A stretch of DNA of 64,000 nt, taken from positions 2,061 through 66,060 of the forward strand of contig DRQF01000028.1 in the NCBI GenBank assembly GCA_011369445.1, written 5' to 3'. Below, piece after piece: positions 37,991-46,206 of this stretch. A program made the translations under genes and the position numbers. Numbering within the stretch: the stretch's first letter is position 1; each line of letters begins with the position of its first letter. Source of the stretch: Planctomycetota bacterium. Its GTDB lineage: Bacteria > Planctomycetota > GCA-002687715 > DRQF01. Under the pieces are notes generated by a model. It saw only the letters and a program-made list of their open reading frames with translations. It was not told where the DNA came from and did not search any database.

Positions 37991-38099
37991 GGGTTCCAGG
38001 GTTTTCCCATTTTGAGCGCCGCTCCGATTCGGAGCCTCGATGGAAAACCGGGAGAGATGAGCCGCCGAGAGGGAGCGGCTCCCAGTGTGGCAGGAACCC
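37991..38099 (+). promoter_or_regulatory. candidate structured RNA (three-way junction) in the long typA-rho spacer / rho leader
   Basis: Nested perfect helices: gggttcc/ggaaccc (37991-97 / 38093-99), ggttttcc/ggaaaacc (38000-07 / 38042-49), gctcc/ggagc (38021-25 / 38031-35) and gagccgc/gcggctc (38059-65 / 38075-81). The strand cannot be determined from pairing alone. Confidence 0.35.
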
Positions 38100-38375
38100 A
38101 CGATCGCCCGACGCGTTCCGGTTCATCCCGATGGAAGAAGAGGATGACAGGGGAAGGCGGGGGAGGATCTCTGCTTCGTCAGCGTGACGTCGATGTCGAC
38201 GACGCGGTCTCGAACAAGAGATCTCCAAGAGGATGATTCCCGTTTCTTGGCCGTCGCGGCCTCAAGATCGTTCCGGGGATCTCGTTTCAATGTCGTATGG
38301 AGGAGTTGCCCCGCGGGGCCGAGTTGCTTTCCCTTGAAGGGAAGGTCCAAGTCGAACTCGACGGAGCCATTCAGC

Positions 38376-39806
38376 ATGAGTCCCGAAGAAAGCAAGAACC
38401 CCGAACCCGCCGCTCAACCTGCTCCCGAGAAGAGTCCTTCCGGTGAGGGCGATTCGGAGCGTCGTCGGGGGCCCCGCAGGCCCAGGCGCCGTCGGCAGCG
38501 CAATTCCAATCAAGGCGGTTCCCAGGGCGAACAGCGTTCGGCACGCAGTGCCGATTCCGCTCCGGCCCGCGAGGGTCAAGAGAATCAGGAACAACGCCGT
38601 GGTGGTCGACGCCGCAGGAGCCGTCGCGGCAACAATCGGCGTTCGGGAGGCCAGGAGCAGTCGGCTCCGATCGAGGTCCCCGAAGATCAGCTCGAACCCG
38701 TGTGCGGGCTCTTCGATGCCCAGAAGGACGGCACGGGAAGTCTTCGATTCGTTCAGAATTACTATCTGGCCAGCGACAAGGATGTCTTCGTCACCAGGGA
38801 CCTGGTGAGGAAGTACTCCATTCGACCCGGTTCGATCGTCGACGGAGACAGTGCCCCACCTCGCAAGCGGGGTGGACGGCGCGTCCTTTATCGCATTCAC
38901 AAGATCAACGAGAAGGCTCCCGAGTTGCACGCGGATGAGGTCCCCTTCCGCAGCCTGTTGCCCTGCGATCCGTATGAACGATTCGAACTGGAGACGAAAG
39001 ACGATCCCGACATCTCCATGCGCATCATCGACCTTCTGGCCCCGATAGGCCGAGGGCAGCGAGCGCTCATCGTCGCACCGCCGCGAAGCGGCAAGACCGT
39101 CATCCTTCAGAAGATGGCAAACGCCATCCATGAGAGTCACCCCGAGGTCAAGGTTGTCATTCTCCTCATCGACGAACGTCCCGAGGAAGTGACCGACTTC
39201 AAACGCAACACGAATGCCGAGGTCATCGCTTCCTGCCTAGACGAGGGGACTGCGAACCACGTACGAGTGACCGAGATCACCCTCGAACGTCTCAAGCGGC
39301 AGGTCGAGGCGGGACACCACATCGTCTGCCTGCTCGATTCGATCACCCGCTTGGGTCGGGCCTACAACAACGAGACCAAGCACAGCGGCCGCATCCTTTC
39401 CGGCGGCGTCGATGCGAAGACGCTCGCCAAGCCGAAGGCCTTCTTCGGTGCCGCGCGCACCATCGAGGACGGCGGAAGTTTGACCATCATTGCCACGGCT
39501 CTCGTGGACACTGGGAGCCGGATGGACCAGGTGATTTTCGAGGAGTTCAAGGGTACGGGGAACATGGAACTCGTGTTGTCCCGTCAGTTGGCGAACAACC
39601 GCATCTATCCCGCCATCGATGTCGGTATGACGGGGACGCGGAAAGAGGAGAAACTCCTCGAGCCGGACGTCTACAAGAAGGTCACGGTTCTGCGGCGCGT
39701 CCTCTCCCAGCTCAATCCCATGGAGGCCATGCGCCTGCTGGTGGAGCGCATCGAGAAGACCGCGAGCAACGCGGAGTTCCTCGCCAAGTTCGACGTCGAG
39801 CGGTAG
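38376..39806 (+). CDS. rho: transcription termination factor Rho with disordered Arg/Gln/Gly-rich N-terminal region
   Basis: RNA-binding CSD-like [37 protein letters not shown], Walker A APPRSGKT, and a conserved C-terminal ATPase. The ATG at 38376 has a GGAG 10 nt upstream. ORF 38184 is an upstream extension. Confidence 0.9.
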   Translation: MSPEESKNPEPAAQPAPEKSPSGEGDSERRRGPRRPRRRRQRNSNQGGSQGEQRSARSADSAPAREGQENQEQRRGGRRRRSRRGNNRRSGGQEQSAPIEVPEDQLEPVCGLFDAQKDGTGSLRFVQNYYLASDKDVFVTRDLVRKYSIRPGSIVDGDSAPPRKRGGRRVLYRIHKINEKAPELHADEVPFRSLLPCDPYERFELETKDDPDISMRIIDLLAPIGRGQRALIVAPPRSGKTVILQKMANAIHESHPEVKVVILLIDERPEEVTDFKRNTNAEVIASCLDEGTANHVRVTEITLERLKRQVEAGHHIVCLLDSITRLGRAYNNETKHSGRILSGGVDAKTLAKPKAFFGAARTIEDGGSLTIIATALVDTGSRMDQVIFEEFKGTGNMELVLSRQLANNRIYPAIDVGMTGTRKEEKLLEPDVYKKVTVLRRVLSQLNPMEAMRLLVERIEKTASNAEFLAKFDVER

Positions 39807-39858
39807 ACCGGTCTCGCCGCACCGCCTCGGCGTTCCGAGCACGCACCCCACAAAGTTC

Positions 39859-39886
39859 CACCCCGCGAACCGAAGTTCGCGGGGTG
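39859..39886. terminator. bidirectional hairpin between rho and rpmH
   Basis: Perfect 12-bp stem caccccgcgaac / gttcgcggggtg with loop cgaa, located between convergent stops (39806 and 39924). Confidence 0.6.
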
Positions 39887-39923
39887 ATTCTCAATCGGTC
39901 TTCGTGTGTCGTTGGACCCGGGT

Positions 39924-40061
39924 TCAGATCTTGGGTGTCAGCCGACGTCCGATCCTCCGGCGCCGCTTGATGATGGCACGGCCGCCGCGGGTCTTCATTC
40001 GGGTCCTGAAGCCCACCTTCTTGGCGCGCTTCCTTCGACTCTTGCGGATTTTCGTCTTCAT
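39924..40061 (-). CDS. rpmH: 50S ribosomal protein L34
   Basis: Not in the ORF track because it is under 60 aa. My translation of the minus strand is [45 protein letters not shown], which matches the L34 pattern (..RKR..K.GFR.RM.T..GR.....RR..GR..L). Confidence 0.9.
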   Translation of the reverse strand: MKTKIRKSRRKRAKKVGFRTRMKTRGGRAIIKRRRRIGRRLTPKI

Positions 40062-40204
40062 CGGTCGTTCTCGTCTCGGGCTCGGTTCTCTCGAGCGTCC
40101 CGCATGTTACGGGGGCCGACCTCCGCCCACAAGGCCGACTTCGATCCCTGAATCGATCTTTCGGGGAGATCGGGGGCCCCGTGGCCTCTTCTCGTTGGAT
40201 ATAT

Positions 40205-40243
40205 ATCTATCATACGGATTTGTGTCGATAACGTATGATAGAT
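40205..40243. promoter_or_regulatory. perfect 12-bp inverted repeat in an AT-rich patch (operator or 5'-UTR hairpin)
   Basis: atctatcatacg (40205-16) and cgtatgatagat (40232-43) are separated by a 15-nt spacer. The repeat ends 4 nt before ATG 40248 and 31 nt before the alternative ATG 40275. Confidence 0.5.
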
Positions 40244-40247
40244 CCTC

Positions 40248-41339
40248 ATGAAGCTTTCTCGGAGCGACCGCAGCATGCGCACTTGGGCCCCCGTCGTCAT
40301 TCTCCCCCTGATTCTTTCCCTCGTCGTGGTGTTGGCCGCCGTGCCCCAGATTGGAAACGGGGGCTTCGAACAGCCTCCCGGCGTGGGGACCCCATCTCCT
40401 CTCATCCCGGGTTGGGACGCTTCGACTGTCCAGGATGGGGCTGTCCTCGACGCTCAGAGTGGCGGGGCCGATCTGGGCATGCCCTCGGAAGGTTCCCGAT
40501 GGATCATGCTGGGAGGGACCGGCTCCGTGGCCGCTCTTCCACCCTCGAATCCTGGTGGCTTCGGGACGCCCCCTCAAAACGCCGTGGCGGTCTCCCAATC
40601 GTTCAGCCTTTCCAGCACCGCCGACACTCTCCTGATGGTCCGCGCCGTGTTCCTCTCCAACGAGGACCCGGGGACGCCCTGGCAGGACTTCTTGTCCGTG
40701 GACGTGAGCGACGGGGTTCAGAGCTTCAACCTCATTTACCTGGACACGAATTCCCCCATGGTCGGCACGTCACTTCGGTATCTGAAGACTCTTCAGCCCG
40801 TGGGCATGCCGGGGACCGCCGTTGTGACGGGATCGGCCGACCTCCCGGCGCTCTTTCCCAACGCCACGACGTCGACGGTGTTCACCCTCACCCTGTCCGT
40901 GGGGAATCTCCTGGATGCATCCCTGCCGTCCCGAGGCTATTTCGATGGGGTGGAGTTCCAGCCCGGGACCCCCATCAATCCTGGGATTCAGCCGACGGCC
41001 CTGCTGGCCGTTCCCCAAGCTTCCGGCGGTATCTTGCTACGGAGCTTGGCCGGCGCATGGCCCTATGCCGAGGTCTACAATCTCTTCTCCGGGAACGTGA
41101 GTCAGCCCCTGGGGGCAGGCCCCCTGCTGGGGATCGTTCCGGATCAGGCCACCTACTTCTCGGTCTGGCAGCCTTTGGGCACGCAGCCTTTCCACGTGCT
41201 CCTGGATGGGGCGGGCCTCTACGAGTTCCTCATCCCCGCGGGGGTCGTGCCGGCGGGTGTCCAGGCGGATGCCGTCATGGTCGTCTTGGTCCCGGGTGCG
41301 GTGCTCGATGTCTCCGCTCCGGTTCGCATCACCTTCTGA
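40248..41339 (+). CDS. hypothetical exported protein
   Basis: Signal/TM segment WAPVVILPLILSLVVVLAAVP. An alternative start at ATG 40275 has a GGAG 10 nt upstream. No family recognised. Confidence 0.6.
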   Translation: MKLSRSDRSMRTWAPVVILPLILSLVVVLAAVPQIGNGGFEQPPGVGTPSPLIPGWDASTVQDGAVLDAQSGGADLGMPSEGSRWIMLGGTGSVAALPPSNPGGFGTPPQNAVAVSQSFSLSSTADTLLMVRAVFLSNEDPGTPWQDFLSVDVSDGVQSFNLIYLDTNSPMVGTSLRYLKTLQPVGMPGTAVVTGSADLPALFPNATTSTVFTLTLSVGNLLDASLPSRGYFDGVEFQPGTPINPGIQPTALLAVPQASGGILLRSLAGAWPYAEVYNLFSGNVSQPLGAGPLLGIVPDQATYFSVWQPLGTQPFHVLLDGAGLYEFLIPAGVVPAGVQADAVMVVLVPGAVLDVSAPVRITF

Positions 41340-44300
41340 CTATCGGCCCGTTCCGGCGCCGAGCTGGTCTTTGGGCACGAGGTACCCCGACGGATCGAGC
41401 AGAAGCCTGCGCCGCTCGAGGGCCTCGAGCAATTTGCCCTGTTCCTGTCCGAAGCGGCTGACGATTTCGTACGCCGCGATCGCTCTGCGCGCCGACGCCC
41501 TGTCCAGTCCAACGTAGCGCCAAATGGCCTTCGTCGCTTCGACGTCTTCATGGGCCAAGAACGCCACCTTGGCGAGGGTCAGCAGAGCTGCGGCGGAAGG
41601 TCTGTCGACCCCATAGACGGCCCGGCTCACGAGCGCGAAGGCTTGAGGCAGGGCTGTGGGATTCCTTGCCATGTCCTCGCCCACGATGCGGGCGTAGACG
41701 GGGTCGTTCGCGAGTTCGCTCTCGTATTGCTTGAGGAGCCGGGCCGCCCGCTCGAGGCGCCCCGCTTCAGCGAGCGCCCGGGCTTCGAATCGGATCTTGT
41801 CCAAGGAACGGTCGGGCGATGCGTAGAGAATGCGCGCTGCCGACAGGGGTGCGCCGTGATCCATCAAGAGGTGGGCCAAGTCACTGTAGAAACCGGCACT
41901 GAGAGGTTTTCCCTCGAGGATCGTTGTGATCAACACCTCGGTTTCATCGGTCTGCCCCGCAGCGATATAGGAGCGTGCGTAAGCGAGGAGCGCCGCCTCG
42001 TCGGTCGCTGCGGTGCCCGCCAGACGCTTGGAGGCGATCCTCAATCCTGCTCTGGCCGTCCTCGGGGAGGAGAGGAGCGTCTCCATGCGAAGGATCTCGA
42101 CCGCGTCTTCGTGCCCCTTGAGGGCTTCGGCGGTCGTTCCGAGGACCGCCGCCGCTTCCTTCGTTCCGAACTCGTATCCCAGGAACATCCACCAGGTGAA
42201 GAGCGCCGCCCGAACTTGAGCGTTGCCGTTCTCCCCCGCGGCCAGGCCCTGAAGCACGTCGATGAGTGCTCCCGTCGCCGGCGTGCTCAGCCCGAGAGCG
42301 CGGATATCCTTCTCGGTCAATTGCACATGCCCACCGAGAGCGGAAAGGAAAGGCTGCGCCCGTTTGATCTCGTCGTCCGAGCTCAGGCCGGGCGTGCCCC
42401 CCGTGGGAGCCCTTCGCGCCAACTTGAGGGCGTCCTTGGAGTCTGTGAACGCAGCCAGACCCACGAGTGCGCGACGGGCCTCGGGGCTCGGCCCCAGCGT
42501 CCAGGATCGCATGGCGGCCTCGAGTGCCTTCGCGGGGTTCCCCGCACGCGTCTGCACCAACGCGTTGAGCCAAAGGACTTCGCTCGACTGGGGAAACGCC
42601 GCCACGAACGCCTTCGCCCAAGCGGCCGTTCGCCGGTGGCGGGCGGCCAACAGGTGTTCGAGGGCCTTGGCGGCTCCGTCGGGTGTGAGCAGCTGGGCGG
42701 CGAGACTCGCGTCCAGCACCTCGTTCAACGTTTCCAGCTGGCCATGGCGGCCTAAGAGATCGATCTTCAAGGCCACCAGCTCGGGCTGCCGGACCCGGCC
42801 GATCCGGGCGAGGGTCGCATCGACGAGAGCCAGAGCGCCGACGATGTCGCCGTTCAATTCATGGATTCGGGCGTCGACGATCGCGAGCTCGATGTCGTCG
42901 ACTTCCGGCAATGCGCGGAGTCGCTTCAGGTTTTCCCGCGCTTTCGTCGGATCTCGTCGGGCCAAAGCGGCGTGCACGCCGTCCCAGAGAAGTTGCTCGG
43001 TGGTGGCATGGTCGCGCACCGCGGCATCGTTGATGCTGACGACCTCGAGATACTTCTTGCGGTCGAGGCAGAACTCCGCCATCCAGCCGTAGGCCAGGTC
43101 GGTGCGGCCCATCCCGAGCAGTCGCTCGACCGTCGTCAGGAACTTTTCGTCCTGGCCAAGCTCTCGGTACGCCTTGGCGAGAAGGCTGAGCATCTCATCG
43201 GGCACGCGTAGATCACGCATGACGATCCCGTCCACGACTTTGGCGACGAGATCGAAACGGCCGAGGCGAGCCAGCTCCCGGATGGCCTTCGGACCTTCTG
43301 CGAGGGCGGCATCTTCGCTCGACAGGGCTTGAACGAGTTCCTCGAGGCCGGCTCTCTCGTCGGCGGATTCGACCTTCAGAAGCGCCAGCTCGACCTTCGC
43401 ATGATCGTCGAGACCTTCGAGCCCCCGCGTGAGCCTCAGGAATGCCTTGGCAGCGTTCTTGTCGCCTGAGCGGATTGCCGCTTCCGTGGCCGATCTGATG
43501 AATGGCAGATCTTTCGCCGCGGCGGCCTTCTTCTTGTCCAGGATGAGGCGCGCCGTCGCGACGGCGTCCGCATCGTTTCCTTCCAACAGATACAGGCGAA
43601 ACTTCAGGGGAAGAAGTGTGTCCTCGGCGATGCCGATGGCTTCGATGCGAGCGATCTCGTCCCAGGCGTCACTGACCCTTTCGAGACTTGCCAGCAACTT
43701 CGCCCGGAAAACCCTCGCGTCCGTCCGCCAAGGTTCGGAGCGAATCGCCCTATCGATGAAGGCCAGCGCTCGTTCGCGGCGACCGGACTCCCGCTCGAAG
43801 CGGGCGACGGCTCGCATGACTTCGCAAAAGGCGGGGTCCTCGGCGTTGCACTCGTTTTCAAGGCGTGCCGCTACGACACGTGCCTTGCCCGTGGCGCCGG
43901 CGTCGAGCAAGAAATTCAAGTAGCGGCGGGCGACGTCGTGATTCTTCGGATCCTCGTCGTACAGCTTCTTCGACGAGTACAGGTCGCGAGGGGCGAGGTC
44001 GTATCGTTCGAGGAGTTCCTCGAGATCCTTACGAAGGATCTTGTGGGCCTGCGTCCCGGGACGGGCGATGGGCTTTTTGAGCGCCTTCGAGAGGGTCTCC
44101 CTGGCCTCGCTGATCCACGCCATTCCCTCCATGGCTCGGACATGCTCTCGCAGAATATCGAGATCGCTCGGGTAGCGGCGGACCAGGTCGCCGTAGTACG
44201 CCACGGCCAGGTCATAGCGCTTCAGCTCGAGGCAGCAGCGCGCCAGAATTCGGAGGTACTCGGGCTTGCGATTGTTGCGAGAGATCGCCTTCTCGAGGTA

Positions 44301-45455
44301 GGGGAGGGCTTCGGCGAACTTGCCCACGCGGAAAAGGGATCGCCCCTTGAGGAAATTCATCTCGTGGAACTCTCCGCGGCGCAGCCAGCGGTCCACGATC
44401 TCGAGCATGAGGTCCTCGCGACCGAGCTTGTCCTGAGCCCGCGCGAGGGCGACGTCGAGGGGGTAGGCGTGACATCCCAGATCGTCCGTGCTCGTCGCCT
44501 CGACGAGGGGAATGACTTTCTCACAGTCGTTGGCAGCCACGAGCTGGAAAACGAGCTTCTCTCTGGCTGCCACCTTGATCGATGCCAACTCCTCGACAAG
44601 GACTGGGTCGTTGCGGACGTCGGCAGGTGTCATCTCCACGATGGCCTGCCACTGGTCTTCCGCCGTCTTGGTCTGCTTGCGCGCGGTGGCGATCTCGGCG
44701 TATTCGAACCGGGCGTTGGGGACCTCGAAGGTCCGGGCGGATTCCGCGCTTTCGATGGCTCGCTTCAGGGCGTTCACCGTGAGGACGAGTTCGTCGTGGG
44801 CCTCGTCCAGGGAGTTGAGCAACCATACGTGGGTCTCTTCGTCCACCTCGAAGAGATCCATGCGCCGCTCCGCCGTTTCGACCTTGGCGCCGTAGTCGCG
44901 ACCGGTAGCTCGGATGGTCTGCTTCAACGTTCCGGTCAACGATTTCGCTCTGGTCCCGGTCAATGCACGGCGAAGCCGATCTGCAATTCCCGACTCCATC
45001 TCCCGAACCCTGGCCAGGTGGAATTCAGCGATGGCTTCCAAGGCGAGTGGCGCTGATTTCAAGTTCTCCGTCAGGTCGTCGAGTTCGCTGCCGGCCTGGT
45101 CCAGGCGGCCTTCGTCGACGTAGCACCGAATGATCTCTCGAAAAGCGCGGGACTCGTACTCCGGTTGGGTGCGAACGAGCGTCAGGTCCTGGAGGGCAGG
45201 TCCGAAGCGCTTGCGAAGTCGTCGGCAGACGCCCCGCAGATAGCGTGCGTCCATGTTGTCACCATCGGCCTCCAGGAGACGATCGAGGATGCCTTCGGCC
45301 TGCTCATAGTCTCCCGCTTGGAATTCGCTGACGGCGCCCTCATAGCCCCCGCCGCCCATGCGGGAGACGAAATAGGCGGCCGTGACGATCGAGATCAAAA
45401 GCAGGCCGGCCACGAGTCCCTTGTGAGCCTTGCCCGTCATCTTGGGGGAATCCAT
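41340..45455 (-). CDS. membrane-anchored tetratricopeptide-repeat protein (1371 aa)
   Basis: N-terminal TM (LVAGLLLISIVTAAYFV) followed by about 1300 aa of helical repeats with TPR-like A/L/Y/R periodicity. It is the only long GC3-rich frame here. Confidence 0.8.
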   Translation of the reverse strand: MDSPKMTGKAHKGLVAGLLLISIVTAAYFVSRMGGGGYEGAVSEFQAGDYEQAEGILDRLLEADGDNMDARYLRGVCRRLRKRFGPALQDLTLVRTQPEYESRAFREIIRCYVDEGRLDQAGSELDDLTENLKSAPLALEAIAEFHLARVREMESGIADRLRRALTGTRAKSLTGTLKQTIRATGRDYGAKVETAERRMDLFEVDEETHVWLLNSLDEAHDELVLTVNALKRAIESAESARTFEVPNARFEYAEIATARKQTKTAEDQWQAIVEMTPADVRNDPVLVEELASIKVAAREKLVFQLVAANDCEKVIPLVEATSTDDLGCHAYPLDVALARAQDKLGREDLMLEIVDRWLRRGEFHEMNFLKGRSLFRVGKFAEALPYLEKAISRNNRKPEYLRILARCCLELKRYDLAVAYYGDLVRRYPSDLDILREHVRAMEGMAWISEARETLSKALKKPIARPGTQAHKILRKDLEELLERYDLAPRDLYSSKKLYDEDPKNHDVARRYLNFLLDAGATGKARVVAARLENECNAEDPAFCEVMRAVARFERESGRRERALAFIDRAIRSEPWRTDARVFRAKLLASLERVSDAWDEIARIEAIGIAEDTLLPLKFRLYLLEGNDADAVATARLILDKKKAAAAKDLPFIRSATEAAIRSGDKNAAKAFLRLTRGLEGLDDHAKVELALLKVESADERAGLEELVQALSSEDAALAEGPKAIRELARLGRFDLVAKVVDGIVMRDLRVPDEMLSLLAKAYRELGQDEKFLTTVERLLGMGRTDLAYGWMAEFCLDRKKYLEVVSINDAAVRDHATTEQLLWDGVHAALARRDPTKARENLKRLRALPEVDDIELAIVDARIHELNGDIVGALALVDATLARIGRVRQPELVALKIDLLGRHGQLETLNEVLDASLAAQLLTPDGAAKALEHLLAARHRRTAAWAKAFVAAFPQSSEVLWLNALVQTRAGNPAKALEAAMRSWTLGPSPEARRALVGLAAFTDSKDALKLARRAPTGGTPGLSSDDEIKRAQPFLSALGGHVQLTEKDIRALGLSTPATGALIDVLQGLAAGENGNAQVRAALFTWWMFLGYEFGTKEAAAVLGTTAEALKGHEDAVEILRMETLLSSPRTARAGLRIASKRLAGTAATDEAALLAYARSYIAAGQTDETEVLITTILEGKPLSAGFYSDLAHLLMDHGAPLSAARILYASPDRSLDKIRFEARALAEAGRLERAARLLKQYESELANDPVYARIVGEDMARNPTALPQAFALVSRAVYGVDRPSAAALLTLAKVAFLAHEDVEATKAIWRYVGLDRASARRAIAAYEIVSRFGQEQGKLLEALERRRLLLDPSGYLVPKDQLGAGTGR

Positions 45456-45707
45456 TTTCGGTCCTCTTTTCCGTCTTCTTCCTCTTTATCGCTCAAATCA
45501 CCGATTCGGCCCAAGTCCATGCGAGAAAAGAAGAAGAGTTTTCCGGCGCCCCGGAGCGACTCCGCGATCCCGGCCCGGATTCGCCACGGCGCCCGGGAAT
45601 CGTCACACCCTTGCCGAGTTTACGAAAGTCCAAGGGGTTCTCACCCGATACACCCGAACGTAGGGCACGATCGAGTCCGACGAAACAGCCTGAACGGAGC
45701 ACGCCCC

Positions 45708-46163
45708 ATGTCCCCGAGGACGCTTGACGTCCGTGAGTCCTTCATCCAGGGACTCTTTCGCCTGAGAGGCCATTCACGCCGCATCCGCGGATTCTGTCGC
45801 CGGCTTCGTGACGCCGTCGTTCCGAACCCGGACCCCGTGGAAGCGAGTCTGGCCGAGGAGATCGTCCTTTTCACGCGCCGGTTCCTTCTGAGGGAGTACC
45901 TTCCCCTCGAGGCCGCCCTCGCAGCCCAGATCCTCCACCTCGGCCCCACGCCCCTCGCTGCGGAGGCCCGGCTGCGGGATGAGGAGCGCATCCAACTGCT
46001 CGGCCTGGCCGAGGGACTGAGGCAGTCCGTGGCCGTGGGAACTGTCGGGGATGCCACGTGTTTCCGGTGGCACGCTCTGAGACTCCTGGGCATCCTGGAG
46101 GCCCGATGTCGCCGGGAAGACGAGCTCTCCGCCCTCCTCAGGTCCACTCCCGGAGTCCTCTGA
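45708..46163 (+). CDS. hypothetical protein (helical, 151 aa)
   Basis: The ATG at 45708 has a GGAG 10 nt upstream and the frame is GC3-rich. It is the non-overlapping part of ORF 45165..46163 and precedes the MBOAT gene by 43 nt. Confidence 0.5.
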   Translation: MSPRTLDVRESFIQGLFRLRGHSRRIRGFCRRLRDAVVPNPDPVEASLAEEIVLFTRRFLLREYLPLEAALAAQILHLGPTPLAAEARLRDEERIQLLGLAEGLRQSVAVGTVGDATCFRWHALRLLGILEARCRREDELSALLRSTPGVL

Positions 46164-46206
46164 GCCCACGGCGTCCCCGCCGGTTTGATGCTATAAACCG
46201 CAGCCG

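Noticed and set aside
37990-38060. Resemblance of GGGUUCC ... GGAAAACCGGGAGAG in the rho leader to parts of the ykkC/guanidine-I riboswitch consensus (AGGGUUCCGG ... AAAAGCCCGGGAGAG).
   Set aside because: The other conserved ykkC blocks as I remember them (GGUCCGAGAG and ACACGG) are absent, and the downstream gene (rho) has no link to guanidine, ppGpp or PRPP regulons. I treat it as an unclassified structured element until cmscan says otherwise.
40062-40247. Possible oriC, because rpmH usually neighbours dnaA/oriC and this spacer contains an AT-rich patch.
   Set aside because: No dnaA, dnaN or rnpA is nearby. I find no good DnaA boxes (TTATCCACA or its complement); only a loose TGTGTCGATAA is present. 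The AT-rich stretch is only about 50 bp and is dominated by one inverted repeat.
45165-45707. N-terminal 181 codons of ORF 45165..46163, which overlap the start of the TPR gene on the other strand.
   Set aside because: This part is antisense to the well-supported TPR N-terminus and its purine-rich leader. Only the segment from ATG 45708 (with a GGAG RBS) is non-overlapping and GC3-rich.
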